A DNA stretch of 64,000 nucleotides from Rubripirellula sp. GTDB lineage: Bacteria > Planctomycetota > Planctomycetia > Pirellulales > Pirellulaceae. The translations under genes were made by a program, and so were the position numbers. Below the pieces are notes generated by a model. It did no database searches. It was given only the letters and a program-made list of their open reading frames with translations, and was not told where the DNA came from. Below, one piece after another: positions 39,575 to 49,708 of this stretch. Each line of letters starts with the position of its first letter. The first letter of the stretch is position 1. The stretch is taken from assembly GCA_965216875.1 (NCBI GenBank), contig OZ244207.1, forward strand, positions 7,264,001-7,328,000, read 5' to 3'.

Positions 39575-40876
39575 TTATCGCTGGATCGAAAGTTCGATCT
39601 CATCGATGGTTGATAGCGGGGTTTCGAAATGACTTTGTCCCAAACTTGCGTTGGAAGTCGACCCTGTGGAACCGCCGCGGTTTTTGATCGCTGCACCGCC
39701 GACCCATTGTTTGTTTCCGCCGACACGGAAACGTGACGCGATGCCGGCGTCGGCCACGCCAGCTTGATCAAGGACCAACGAAAACGAGTTGCCAACGTCA
39801 AGCGGACCGCCATCCATCGGAACGAGAGTCAAGCCGTTTTCACTCGCGGAGGAACCGCAATGATGCTGGCCGTCCAAGACCGAAACGTAGACGGCCAGTG
39901 GCAAGAACTCTTTGATTTGCGTCTTGGTCTCGGCACCATTGACCAACACGTTGGCTTTGGGTGGTTTTGCGAACTTTGTTGCGATGCCAGTCGGTCGTGA
40001 AAATTCGACGCCATCAAAATAGAAACGATGGCGTCCACCGAAACGTCGGATTTCAAAGTGATCAATTTCGTCGAGCGGCATTTGGAAGTAGGTGCCTTGC
40101 CGCGTGCGTTCTTGGGGAAACTTGTATGAAAGATGATCGATCACGCGGCGGCCGAATTTGCTGACGGCACTGATTTGGTAGGCAACGTCTGGTCCGATCC
40201 CTTCCGTTTCAAACTCGGCCGAGCTTTCACTGGTGAACGAATTTGCGGTCTCCACAAATCCTTTGTCCGAAGACCAGCCGTGAGTGCCTTCACGCACGTC
40301 GGAAAGGCGTAGCGTTCCTTCGCCAATTTTCACTTCGGCGCCTTTGCTCGGATCCAACCGGTAGATCTCGTCGGCGCTGTCATAACTATTGAGCCGGAAC
40401 CAAAGGTCGAGCTTGGTGGGCAGTTCTTTGCCCAGTCCGTAGATTTGCAGTGTCATGTCATCGATCACACGCCAGCCGTAGGCAGGGTCAACCCGGTTGA
40501 GCAATTCGCGTTTGGCATGATCAAAGACGCGAACATTGATCAAGTCAATCTGTTCGATCCCGGGCCCAAGTGTGACCTGAGCGACATCAAGCCAGGGGGC
40601 CGCAGTAACAAGCTGTTGGGCGTTGGCAACGGCGGCGTCTTTCAATTCCTCGCCGCGTCCGGTCGTGACCTTGATGGCGCCCGAGCGGCCATTGCGAGCG
40701 ACCGATTCGATCCGGATTTGGTTGGGCCCCATCTTTGCCGTGCGCCCAAAGAACGGCTGCGCTTCTTCGTACGACGCAATCGAATGCGTTTCCGGCTTTT
40801 GCAATAGAGTGAAGGCAAGCCCGGCGATGGCACAGAGCGTGACCAAACCAAAAATGATCTTCAGAGAAAACTGCAT
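39575..40876 (-). CDS. Hypothetical membrane-anchored protein with QFSL-type N-terminus
   Basis: MQFSLKIIFGLVTLCAIAGLAF followed by a beta-rich domain; 433 aa; starts 9 nt after the upstream stop. Confidence 0.78.
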   Translation of the reverse strand: MQFSLKIIFGLVTLCAIAGLAFTLLQKPETHSIASYEEAQPFFGRTAKMGPNQIRIESVARNGRSGAIKVTTGRGEELKDAAVANAQQLVTAAPWLDVAQVTLGPGIEQIDLINVRVFDHAKRELLNRVDPAYGWRVIDDMTLQIYGLGKELPTKLDLWFRLNSYDSADEIYRLDPSKGAEVKIGEGTLRLSDVREGTHGWSSDKGFVETANSFTSESSAEFETEGIGPDVAYQISAVSKFGRRVIDHLSYKFPQERTRQGTYFQMPLDEIDHFEIRRFGGRHRFYFDGVEFSRPTGIATKFAKPPKANVLVNGAETKTQIKEFLPLAVYVSVLDGQHHCGSSASENGLTLVPMDGGPLDVGNSFSLVLDQAGVADAGIASRFRVGGNKQWVGGAAIKNRGGSTGSTSNASLGQSHFETPLSTIDEIELSIQR

Positions 40877-40885
40877 TGAATGTTC

Positions 40886-42433
40886 TCAGGGAGCCTGCTT
40901 TTGGGGCTGTAGCTTGATCGCCAATTCAAGTGATCCGAACATTTGGTCCAATTCGTCGGAAGCATACTTTTCGTAGCCCTCGGCATCAACTCGGACAACG
41001 TAGGCTCCGTGTTGAGGGGCAACTTCGATCTCGTAGGTTCCCGATTTGCTGACCTGCACCTTCTCAGCATCGATCGCTACAGCGCGTCGAGCTGCGGGCT
41101 TTACATCAACGCGGAATGACTCCACTGGTTTCCCGGTGACTCCGTCGGTGATCACGCCACGGACGACCAAGTTGGGCTGAAGCAGAATGACTTTTATGTC
41201 GCCATCTGCAGTTGCAGCGTAATCATCTACGGCTTGGTAGCCCTTCTTGCCGATGGAGTAGATCACTTCATCCTCGGGTGCCCACGACCAAATGTAGTCA
41301 CCCTGTTTGTCAGTGCGACGTGGGATCTTTGTGTCGATCACGTTTGGGTGTTTGTGGTTGTGCAGCGATTTTTCCCCTCGCCATCCTCGGATACCAACGT
41401 AGGCACCGTCGATGGGATTGCCTTCGTAGTCCTGGATGTGCATGTGCAACGGATTACCTTTGACCAAATGACAATCGATCGGTTGCAGCTCGGGACCAAT
41501 CTCAATCATTCGCCGCAGCGGAGCCCAGCCCTTCGCAATCACCGTCAGGGCAACCGTCTGGGGTGAAAGTGGCGGCATCTGGAAATGGCCCGCATCGTTG
41601 GTCACAACCTCTTGGCTTCCCGTTTCCAAGTAGGGGTCGTCACCCCAGATGACGACCGCACCGGCGACGGCATTTCCATCGGGATCGATCACTTGTCCGG
41701 AGACTTCGTGTCCCTTTTTCATCTTGATGACCGCCGATTGGTCACGCAGCAGCGGCATGATGATGGATTGTTCTTGTTGGTACGTACCCCAGTTCGCATC
41801 ATCGATGAATTGCGGGTGACTCAGCTTTAACAGGACCGCGGTCTCACTATCGCCCGGCACATTGGACAACTTCCATCGCCCGTCCGAATCCGTAATGAGC
41901 GCGGCATCGCCGTAGGCAAGCCATGTACCTGGTGAAAGACGCGCCATGGGAGGCAGTCGGTTTGATCGTCGGACTTCTACGTTGACACCCTTGATCGGCT
42001 CGCCCTGTTCGTTAACGATTTGTCCGCCGATGGTTGTGCCCTTTGCAAGGTTGAATTGGTATTCCGAAGGAATATCGGGGTCTTCCGGCTGCATCTCAGG
42101 CCACCAGTGAGCAAACAGTGGGACGTGGTCCTTCTTTCGAGCCCAGATGCGCATGATCCTGATTTGCTTTGGCAGCTCGGCCACCACCGATCCAGCGGCG
42201 TCCGTTTTGTAATCTTGGTTGTTCTTAAAACTCTTGTCATCCGTCCAAATCGAAACATGGATGTTTGCGTTTTCGATTGGATCCCCTTCCGGACCAACAA
42301 CGTTCAGCCGGATTTGGTTTCCGGACGACAGGGTTTGAACATCAAGCTCAATTTCGCTTTGAGCGATGACCGAGTCAGCGGAAACGACCAGCAATACCCA
42401 GCTCGCCAAGCACAAACGATGAAACGGACGCAT
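40886..42433 (-). CDS. Secreted carboxypeptidase-regulatory-like (Cna-B type) repeat protein
   Basis: Repeats G.V.D..G.P(I/V).GA.V...TD..G.(F/W/Y); signal peptide after ATG 42433 with a GGAGA Shine-Dalgarno. Confidence 0.85.
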   Translation of the reverse strand: MRPFHRLCLASWVLLVVSADSVIAQSEIELDVQTLSSGNQIRLNVVGPEGDPIENANIHVSIWTDDKSFKNNQDYKTDAAGSVVAELPKQIRIMRIWARKKDHVPLFAHWWPEMQPEDPDIPSEYQFNLAKGTTIGGQIVNEQGEPIKGVNVEVRRSNRLPPMARLSPGTWLAYGDAALITDSDGRWKLSNVPGDSETAVLLKLSHPQFIDDANWGTYQQEQSIIMPLLRDQSAVIKMKKGHEVSGQVIDPDGNAVAGAVVIWGDDPYLETGSQEVVTNDAGHFQMPPLSPQTVALTVIAKGWAPLRRMIEIGPELQPIDCHLVKGNPLHMHIQDYEGNPIDGAYVGIRGWRGEKSLHNHKHPNVIDTKIPRRTDKQGDYIWSWAPEDEVIYSIGKKGYQAVDDYAATADGDIKVILLQPNLVVRGVITDGVTGKPVESFRVDVKPAARRAVAIDAEKVQVSKSGTYEIEVAPQHGAYVVRVDAEGYEKYASDELDQMFGSLELAIKLQPQKQAP

Positions 42434-42555
42434 AACATCTCCCACGCAAAGTGTTCGAAATAGGACGTTCATCATACCTGAGAGCGAAGCGGGAACTCTT
42501 TGTGGGCGATCGGTAGGAAAAGCGAGTATTTCCCTGGGCCACAAAAAACGGCAAA

Positions 42556-43353
42556 ATGGGCGCGGCCGCTTCCATGGGACTCGATTCAATGCGTGCTTCT
42601 GAAATCCAAGATGAGCTCGACGAGCTGCGGAAAAGCAATAACCGGCTTCGCCGATTCGTTCACCTCGCATCACACCAACTCCAGGCTCCCGCACGCACGG
42701 CGGGCAATTTCGCGGGGCTCTTGGCGAAACGCTACGAAGGCGAACTTGATGAAAAAGCGATCGATTGGATCGATTGCATCGTCGATTGCAGCCGGTCGAT
42801 GCAGCAATTGGTCAAAGGACTCGTGCGCTACAGTGAGATCGGAAGCCAGCGGCCCGTTTTTCAACGTGTTGATGTGGACGCGATCATCGCCAAAGTTCTC
42901 GCAGGGCGAAAAGAGGAGTTCGACCAGCATCCCTTTACGGTCGAGGTCACCGCGTTTCCTGTTTGCTTCAGTGATCCCAACGCACTTGAATCTGTCTTTG
43001 AATCACTCGTCGATAACGCGATCAAGTTTAGCCGCGACTGCACCGGTTCTCTTGTCATCTCCGGAAGCGTCGAAAACGAGAACGCGATCTACGAGGTGAG
43101 CGATCAAGGAATTGGGATCGATCCCGAACATCACGAGCAAGTCTTCACGCTTTTCGGAAAGCTCCACTCCAAGTCGGACTTTGGCGGGGAAGGAATAAGC
43201 CTGGCAACTTGTCGCGCGCTGCTTGAACATCAACAAGGCCGAATCGAGTTGGAGTCGGCGGTGGGTTCGGGATCGAAGTTCAGATTGACTTTGCCGAACC
43301 AACCTCGCGATGATGGTGAAACCAACAACGATTCGAACAATAGCGTGGCGTGA
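42556..43353 (+). CDS. Sensor-less histidine kinase (phytochrome/Cph1-type transmitter module)
   Basis: FVHLASHQLQAP H-box, LVDNAIKF N-box, DQGIGID, FTLFGKLH, GEGISLATC, GSGSKF. Confidence 0.88.
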   Translation: MGAAASMGLDSMRASEIQDELDELRKSNNRLRRFVHLASHQLQAPARTAGNFAGLLAKRYEGELDEKAIDWIDCIVDCSRSMQQLVKGLVRYSEIGSQRPVFQRVDVDAIIAKVLAGRKEEFDQHPFTVEVTAFPVCFSDPNALESVFESLVDNAIKFSRDCTGSLVISGSVENENAIYEVSDQGIGIDPEHHEQVFTLFGKLHSKSDFGGEGISLATCRALLEHQQGRIELESAVGSGSKFRLTLPNQPRDDGETNNDSNNSVA

Positions 43354-43356
43354 AGG

Positions 43357-43797
43357 ATGGGCTCGGGCAACTTGGAAATCTTGCTTGTTGATGATGATGA
43401 TGCGGACGCGCTACTGGTTCGCGAGAGCCTTAATGAACTCGACGCCAAATGCCAATTGACCGTCGCTCGAGATGGTGATGTGGCCCTGCGAAGGCTTTCG
43501 CAAAGTGATGAGTTCGAAGGCGTTGCGCTTCCGGACCTTGTCCTGCTGGATCTGAATTTGCCGCGCAAGAGCGGATTTGACGTTCTGGTGGACACCAAAG
43601 AAATAGCCGACTGCAGACTCGTGCCTATCGTCGTTTGGTCGACGTCCATCGAACCTGCCGATGTTACACGTTGTTACATGGCGGGCGCGAATTCCGTACT
43701 CTGTAAGCCCGCGGACTTTTCGAGCCTGGTCGAGATGATCCGAACGATCACCCACTACTGGTTCGAGACGGTTCAGCGTGCCAAGCCGACCCAATAG
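43357..43797 (+). CDS. Rcp1-like single-domain response regulator
   Basis: ILLVDDDDAD, PDLVLLDLNLPRKSG, PIVVWSTS, GANSVLCKP, HYWF. Confidence 0.92.
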   Translation: MGSGNLEILLVDDDDADALLVRESLNELDAKCQLTVARDGDVALRRLSQSDEFEGVALPDLVLLDLNLPRKSGFDVLVDTKEIADCRLVPIVVWSTSIEPADVTRCYMAGANSVLCKPADFSSLVEMIRTITHYWFETVQRAKPTQ

Positions 43798-44087
43798 ATG
43801 CTCGAGCGAGAGGTTTTAAGAATGATGGACATGGCGGGGCAAAGCGCCATGTCCATCAATTTCGACAAAAGCCGAAAATTTAGACCACCATTTTGTGGGG
43901 CATGGTGGTCCGTCATCGCGATTAGGGGCGATACTATGTGGACTATGCCCGCGCCAAACGGGATAGCAATGAGAAGGTTTCGCACAGAAACTAAACGATG
44001 TGCAAAAAATAGAACGATGTGCTGTTAACCATTCCACAAACCTCTTCTCGGACAATGGTTCACAACGACCCAGGGAGCGCCACCACC

Positions 44088-44714
44088 ATGCTGGCCAACG
44101 TTGATAATGTTGCTTCGGCCACAGTCTTTGTGGTCGACGATGACGCTCACAGCCTCCGCTACTACAAAGAAGTGTTGCAAAGTGCCGGCATGAAGGTCGA
44201 GACATTTTTGCATGCTCGCGATTTTCTGCAGCGACTTCGTCCCAATGAACCGGGGTGTTTGTTGCTCGATGTGCGAATGCCCGAGATCTCGGGGTTGGAA
44301 TTGCAGCAGCGGCTGAGCGAACTCAATTGCAACATGCCGATTATCTTGATCTCGGGTGATGCGGATGTCGAAAGCTGTTCCAAGGCGTTTCGTGCGGGGG
44401 CGTTTGACTTCGTCGAAAAGTCGATCAGTGATGAAGAACTCATTTCTTTGACGCAACGTGCAACTCAAGAAGCGATTCGGCTTCAACAGGTTGCCGAACG
44501 TCAATCCATCGTTAAGGCTCGAACCGAGTTGTTGACGGCGCGTGAAAAGGATGTCAAAGCGTTGATGCTTCAAGGGTTAAGTATCAAGGAAATCGCCTTC
44601 CGCTTGAGCATCGCTTTTCAAACGGCCGCGAAGCATCGTTCGCGTGTGCTCGAAAAAATGGAAGTCGACAGCGATGCGGAACTGATCCGTTTTGAAGCAG
44701 GCCAAGACGCCTAG
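44088..44714 (+). CDS. FixJ/LuxR-family DNA-binding response regulator
   Basis: VFVVDDD, GCLLLDVRMPEISGLELQ, GAFDFVEK, LTAREKDV...GLSIKEIA HTH; ATG 44088 has a GGGAG Shine-Dalgarno. Confidence 0.93.
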   Translation: MLANVDNVASATVFVVDDDAHSLRYYKEVLQSAGMKVETFLHARDFLQRLRPNEPGCLLLDVRMPEISGLELQQRLSELNCNMPIILISGDADVESCSKAFRAGAFDFVEKSISDEELISLTQRATQEAIRLQQVAERQSIVKARTELLTAREKDVKALMLQGLSIKEIAFRLSIAFQTAAKHRSRVLEKMEVDSDAELIRFEAGQDA

Positions 44715-44728
44715 AGGCCGTGTTGTCC

Positions 44729-44806
44729 GTGAGCCGAACGCGCTAGCGTCGGGCTTTTCGAGACTCGTCTAACGGAACAAGGCCCGACGCTCGCGCGTTC
44801 GGCTCA
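44729..44806. repeat. Complete paired GTGAGCCG REP element
   Basis: GTGAGCCGAACGCGCTAGCGTCGGGC...GCCCGACGCTCGCGCGTTCGGCTCA. Confidence 0.9.
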
Positions 44807-44958
44807 TGGAAAAACTGCGCCATCTCTGCCGCTTTTTTGTTCCTGATTGCCAAGGATAGCGTTCCGCGACGAATCGCTTTCTAACGTTGCGCTCCCGTTA
44901 TGCGCTGGGGCAGTCATTTGCCGCATTCGTTTTTCCTTTTCTCTAATGTGCGATCGAG

Positions 44959-45912
44959 ATGAGCGATTTGGCTGTCGAACTCGAAGGTGTCGTTAAACGA
45001 TTTGGCGGCAAACCAGCCGTCGATCGAGTCGATTTGCAGGTCCCGCAGGGTTCGATGTTTGGCTTCATCGGCCCCAACGGTTCCGGAAAAACGACCACCA
45101 TGCGTTTGATCCTGCGGATCTATCAAGCCGACGAGGGCAGCGTACGCGTGTTGGGCGAAACGAACATGCATTCGGCAGATGACCGCGTGGGGTACCTACC
45201 CGAAGAACGTGGGCTGTACCGGCGAATGACGGTCGGCAAAGTGTTGCGGTACTTCGCCAAGCTCAAGGGCATCCGCAGTCCCAATGCCGTGATCAAACAG
45301 GAGTTGGCTCGATTGGGTGCCGAGGACTGGGAAAAGAAACGTATCGACCAACTTTCAAAGGGAATGGCACAGAAGATTCAGTTTCTCGTTGCCACGATCT
45401 CGAAACCGCGGCTCGTGATTCTTGACGAGCCGTTCAGTGGGCTCGATCCGGTCAACCTCGAACTGTTGCGTGATGCAGTCCTGGAATTGCGGAATCAGGG
45501 AACGACCGTGATCTTCAGCACCCATGACATGGGCGTCGCACAAAACTTGTGTGACCATGTTTTCATGATCTACCAGGGCAAGAAGGTGCTCGACGGGACC
45601 ATCGATTCCATCCGCCAAAGCTATGGTGGCTGTCAAATCAAAGTGGTGATGGCTGGGGACGCGCGGTCGCCAGTGGAATTGCCCCCTGATCTTCCCGGCG
45701 TGATGGAGCGTGAAGTCGCTGGTCCAGAAACCATCCTCCACCTGCGTGACGAATCGGATCGCCGCAGCTTGTATTCCCGATTGTCCGAACTCGGTGACGT
45801 CGAACATTTCGAAACCCTGCGGCCAAGTCTTCACGACGTTTTCGTGAGGATCGCAAAGCCCTCGTCGGACCAAAAGGTCAATGCACGATCGGAGGAGCTG
45901 GTCCATGGGTAA
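44959..45912 (+). CDS. ABC transporter ATP-binding protein (YhaQ-like)
   Basis: GPNGSGKTT, GYLPEERGLY, LSKGMAQK, ILDEPFSGLDPVN, STH. Confidence 0.95.
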   Translation: MSDLAVELEGVVKRFGGKPAVDRVDLQVPQGSMFGFIGPNGSGKTTTMRLILRIYQADEGSVRVLGETNMHSADDRVGYLPEERGLYRRMTVGKVLRYFAKLKGIRSPNAVIKQELARLGAEDWEKKRIDQLSKGMAQKIQFLVATISKPRLVILDEPFSGLDPVNLELLRDAVLELRNQGTTVIFSTHDMGVAQNLCDHVFMIYQGKKVLDGTIDSIRQSYGGCQIKVVMAGDARSPVELPPDLPGVMEREVAGPETILHLRDESDRRSLYSRLSELGDVEHFETLRPSLHDVFVRIAKPSSDQKVNARSEELVHG

Positions 45913-47242
45913 GCTGTTTGTCATCGCTCAACGCGAGTTCGCTGCAATGGTCGCCACCAAGGCGTTCGCGTTCACTTTGGTCATGATGCCGCTGTTGATG
46001 TTGGGTGGGCTGGTGTTGCTGCCCCTGATGAACGAAGTCGGCGGACGAAAGGAACGGCGGATCCTGGTTGCCGATGGGTCAGGGTTGCTTTTTGAAACGA
46101 TTGAAAAAGCCGCCAACGCTCGCAATGAACAAATCCGCCAAGCTCAAGAGAATGCCGAGGGCAAGGTTCAGGGTGACAACCCGTTCTTGAAGGCTGAGCT
46201 TTGGAATTTTGAAGCGGCTGAGGAAGCCGAGTTGTCCGACCAGCAGCGGTTGGAGCTGAGTGACAAGGTGCGCGATGGCAAGCTGTATGCGTTTGTCGAA
46301 ATACCGAGCGAGCTGCAGGACTTTGCCAGTGCCGAGCGAGTGAAGATTGCCTTTGTCAGCCAAGACGCAGCGATCAGTGGTGCGCGACGCTGGCTCGAAC
46401 AAACGGTCAAGCAACATGTGCGGTCCGAGAGGCTGACGCAACTCGGGATCAATCCCGAGACGGTTGCTCAAGCCAACATTCCGGTCAATCTCGAGCCGAC
46501 GATGCCCTATGAAAAGTCGGATGATGGTGAAGTGGAGGGCAAGACCGGGGCCGATACGCTAGTTTCGACTTTCCTTCCGTTTGGCGTGATGATGTTGATG
46601 TTTCTCGTCATCTTCCTCGCGGCGCAACCGATGCTGGAAAGCGCGATGGAAGAAAAGGGGGCAAGGATCGCCGAGTTGTTATTGGGATCGGTGTCGTCGA
46701 CCACTTTGATGGCGGGCAAGCTGCTCGGGAACGTTGCCGGTTCGTTTGTGGTGTTTGCCTTCTACGGAATCGGTGGCTGGTTTGTCCTTTACCACAATGA
46801 TTGGTCGTCACACCTGCCTTACACGATGCTCCCTTGGCTGATCGTTTTTCAAGTCTTGGGCGTTCTATTCTTCAGCTCGATCTTTCTAACCATCGGTGCG
46901 TCGGTCAGCGAATTGAAGGAGGCACAGTCGCTGTTGTTACCCGTTTGGCTCGTGCTCGCATTGCCGATGATGGTTTGGTTTGCGGCAGTTCGTGATCCAA
47001 ACGGAATCGTCCCGGTTTCGTTGAGCTTCTTTCCACCGTCGGCGCCGCTGATGATGAGTTTGAGGCTTGCCGTCGGTCAGGCGATGCCCGTTTGGCATGC
47101 ACCCGTTTCGATGATCGTTATGCTCGCTTCGACCCTGCTGGTGGTGAAGTTTGCTGGTCGCATTTATCGAGCGAGCTTGCTGAAGTCGGATTCAGCGAAG
47201 AGTTTTGGCCAGATTCTCAAACGGCTACGTACGGCTGAATAA
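45905..47242 (+). CDS. ABC transporter permease (YhaP/NatB-like)
   Basis: IAQREF, EEKGARIAELLLGSV, LMAGK, multiple TM helices; overlaps the ATPase stop. Confidence 0.92.
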   Translation: MGKLFVIAQREFAAMVATKAFAFTLVMMPLLMLGGLVLLPLMNEVGGRKERRILVADGSGLLFETIEKAANARNEQIRQAQENAEGKVQGDNPFLKAELWNFEAAEEAELSDQQRLELSDKVRDGKLYAFVEIPSELQDFASAERVKIAFVSQDAAISGARRWLEQTVKQHVRSERLTQLGINPETVAQANIPVNLEPTMPYEKSDDGEVEGKTGADTLVSTFLPFGVMMLMFLVIFLAAQPMLESAMEEKGARIAELLLGSVSSTTLMAGKLLGNVAGSFVVFAFYGIGGWFVLYHNDWSSHLPYTMLPWLIVFQVLGVLFFSSIFLTIGASVSELKEAQSLLLPVWLVLALPMMVWFAAVRDPNGIVPVSLSFFPPSAPLMMSLRLAVGQAMPVWHAPVSMIVMLASTLLVVKFAGRIYRASLLKSDSAKSFGQILKRLRTAE

Positions 47243-47258
47243 CCTCGCCGTGATTCGA

Positions 47259-47448
47259 GTGACCCGAACGCGCTAGCGTCGGGCCTTGCACACAACGTCG
47301 CTACGCTCGCCAGAGCGTGGTGATCGTGGATGTCGGTCTGCCTATAGAATCCACCTTCTGGCGAAGGTAGCTACGGGCCGAGACAGTTCGTAGTACCGAG
47401 CTTTAGCCGGAATCTTGTCCCATTCCGCCTAGAGGCGGGACTACGAAC
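47259..47448. repeat. REP mosaic (GTGACCCG arm, paired GTAGCTAC element, paired GTAGTACC/GGACTAC element)
   Basis: GTCGCTACGCTCGCCAGAGCGTGG...CCACCTTCTGGCGAAGGTAGCTAC; GTTCGTAGTACCGAGCTTTAGCCGG...CCGCCTAGAGGCGGGACTACGAAC. Confidence 0.9.
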
Positions 47449-47488
47449 GGTGCTGACCACGCATAGCAAGGTGGTGGTTGAAAACAGG

Positions 47489-47842
47489 CTAGCTGGGAGG
47501 GCGAATGAGCGATGCGTGATGTTCACGCCAGCCCAAACAGTCTTTGCAGCCGACTTCAAAGTCGCGGCATACGTTGGGGCGGTAGGCGTGATGTTTACAG
47601 CGTCGCGTTTCAGGGTCGAGCCAAATGCAGGGCCCATCCAACTCGCCTTCAGGCGGATGTTGGTAATTTTCGATGAAGGTGAGCAGTTCTTGTTTTAGAT
47701 CTGCGGGCAGATTCGTCCAATGTTCTTCATCGGGGCCATGCTCGCTGTCGTAGATGTATTCCGGATAGCCCATTTGCAAACAGCAAACGCCACATCCCTC
47801 GCAATCCGTGACAGTGGGTAGAGTGGTGTTGGAGCGTTTCAT
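47489..47842 (-). CDS. YkgJ-family cysteine cluster protein
   Basis: CEGCGVCC...CIWLD...CKHHAYRPNVCRDF. Confidence 0.9.
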   Translation of the reverse strand: MKRSNTTLPTVTDCEGCGVCCLQMGYPEYIYDSEHGPDEEHWTNLPADLKQELLTFIENYQHPPEGELDGPCIWLDPETRRCKHHAYRPNVCRDFEVGCKDCLGWREHHASLIRPPS

Positions 47843-47871
47843 CAGATCGTGTGCGGTTGCGGATGCCGGGA

Positions 47872-48630
47872 CTATTTACCCGCATTGGCTTCTGTTGAGG
47901 TCCGTTCGTCAATCCACCCTTTCAAGGATTTGACGGCGGTGAACGTCGCGCGGTCTCCGATCCGTGGTTTGGTGGCATTGGTGACACGGACCACAATCCC
48001 AACAAGCGTCGCTTCGTCCTCGCTGCCGACAAAGACCGGCGACCCGCTGTCCATCATCGAAGGAAGTGATTCGTCCGGCTCGTTGGGATCGGCTTGGTCC
48101 AATGCAAAACGCCCCTCACGATCGTTGATCGAACGGAGTCGATTGGTACCCCAATGGAACTGGCCGACCTTTCGCAACTGATTGACCGGGCCACTGACGC
48201 CGTACCCGCCCAGTAGCAGACGCGACTTTTCGGGGATCGGACCGTCATTGAGTTGGATGCGGTTCTTCTCTTGTGGCGTTTCATCGAGGTGCAAGAGAGC
48301 AATGTCGATTGTGTGTTTCGATGGCAAATGGATCGCTTTTACCTGGTAGCGGGTGTCATCGATCGCAGGAAAGTCGACCGTCAACACACTTGCGCTCCAC
48401 GCCTCGACCCCGTGTCGCGAGGTCAATGCCCACGGTCCGCCAATCCAAACGCACGAGCCGCCGATGACGTTGAGACGCGTGTACTTGAGACGCCCAACTT
48501 GACGAAACACCCCCGACTGCTCTGAAGCGTTGGAACGCTCGGGATTCGACCAAACGATCGCCCAGGCATCACTGGCAACGACTAACGACAGCGTTGCCAC
48601 CAAGATTCGGAGTCGGCTCGCAGCAAACAC
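47872..48630 (-). CDS. Secreted trypsin-like serine protease
   Basis: WALTSRH (His), DIALL (Asp), MDSGSP (Ser); signal peptide from GTG 48630, just after the upstream stop. Confidence 0.75.
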   Translation of the reverse strand: MFAASRLRILVATLSLVVASDAWAIVWSNPERSNASEQSGVFRQVGRLKYTRLNVIGGSCVWIGGPWALTSRHGVEAWSASVLTVDFPAIDDTRYQVKAIHLPSKHTIDIALLHLDETPQEKNRIQLNDGPIPEKSRLLLGGYGVSGPVNQLRKVGQFHWGTNRLRSINDREGRFALDQADPNEPDESLPSMMDSGSPVFVGSEDEATLVGIVVRVTNATKPRIGDRATFTAVKSLKGWIDERTSTEANAGK

Positions 48631-48632
48631 AA

Positions 48633-49523
48633 CTACGGCAATCGTCTTTCGAGCCAATCGGTGCCGCGATCGGTCCAGCTGCCGATGTTGGAATTTGCAC
48701 GATCGCGCGTGCCGTACCCGTGCCCACCTGTTTCGTAGACATGCAGTTCGGCCGACACGTTGTTCTTCTTGAGCGCCGCGTAGTAGAGGGCGGCACCCAA
48801 GGATGTCGATGCATCGTCGTGCGTATGGATGATGAAGGAAGGTGGCGTGGTTGGTGTCACCTTGATTTGCGGCAGCAGTGCGTCCGACTTGGCGTCGTAG
48901 ATTCGCCAAGGATAGACCAGCATTGCAAAATCGGGTCGATACGGTTGTTTGTCAACATTGTCGATAGCTTGATACGCCGCTTCCGGTGCCGTCGAGAGCA
49001 TCGCGCCAACTTGCCCACCCGCCGAGAAGGCAAGCAAGCCTACGCGATTCGAGTCAAGGTTCCACTGATCCGCATTGGCGCGAATCCAACGCATCGCACG
49101 TTGGGCATCCTGTAGCGGCCGACGCCACGACGGTTCATCGGCAGCTTTGCGTTCGTTGGTTCGATAGTTCAAGACGAATGAGGTGATGCCCAACTCGCCC
49201 AACCAGTCGGCTGCCTCGCTTCCTTCAAGGTCGGGGACGACTCGAACGAAACCACCGCCGGGTAAGATCAATACGGCGACCCCGTTTGGCTTTCCTTTGG
49301 GAAGGAACACACGCATCGGCGGATGACTGATCTTTTCAACACGCGTGATGGGGGGCTTGTCCTGCGGCCGCATCGGCAGGGTGGTCCCGGCGTTCTTTTG
49401 TGTTTCTCCGGGGGCCAGATCAGGCCAAATGAAAATCGGATCCTCGCCAAATGCCTTGCCACTGTCAGCAGCGATGGCGATCGATAGGCAGGACGCTGCC
49501 GCCAAGCTCATCCACTTCTTCAC
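48633..49523 (-). CDS. Alpha/beta hydrolase (BD-FAE / xylan esterase-like)
   Basis: PGGGF, LQDAQRAMR, AFSAGG, RPDFAMLVYP, ELHVYETGGHGYG; GTG start with a GGAG Shine-Dalgarno. Confidence 0.9.
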   Translation of the reverse strand: MKKWMSLAAASCLSIAIAADSGKAFGEDPIFIWPDLAPGETQKNAGTTLPMRPQDKPPITRVEKISHPPMRVFLPKGKPNGVAVLILPGGGFVRVVPDLEGSEAADWLGELGITSFVLNYRTNERKAADEPSWRRPLQDAQRAMRWIRANADQWNLDSNRVGLLAFSAGGQVGAMLSTAPEAAYQAIDNVDKQPYRPDFAMLVYPWRIYDAKSDALLPQIKVTPTTPPSFIIHTHDDASTSLGAALYYAALKKNNVSAELHVYETGGHGYGTRDRANSNIGSWTDRGTDWLERRLP

Positions 49524-49708
49524 GTTGTTTCTCCCACAAGTTGCATCGGATTCGCGTTCCATCCGTTCCGTGTTTAGGGGCGACACTCTATCACGAAACG
49601 GTGAGGGCCGCACACAATCGTGAAAAACGGGTTAGAGTGTTGCGTGAGGCTGCGAAACCCCAACAAAAACCTTTGATTCACCGAAACCCTCTCACCACCA
49701 GCCCACCG

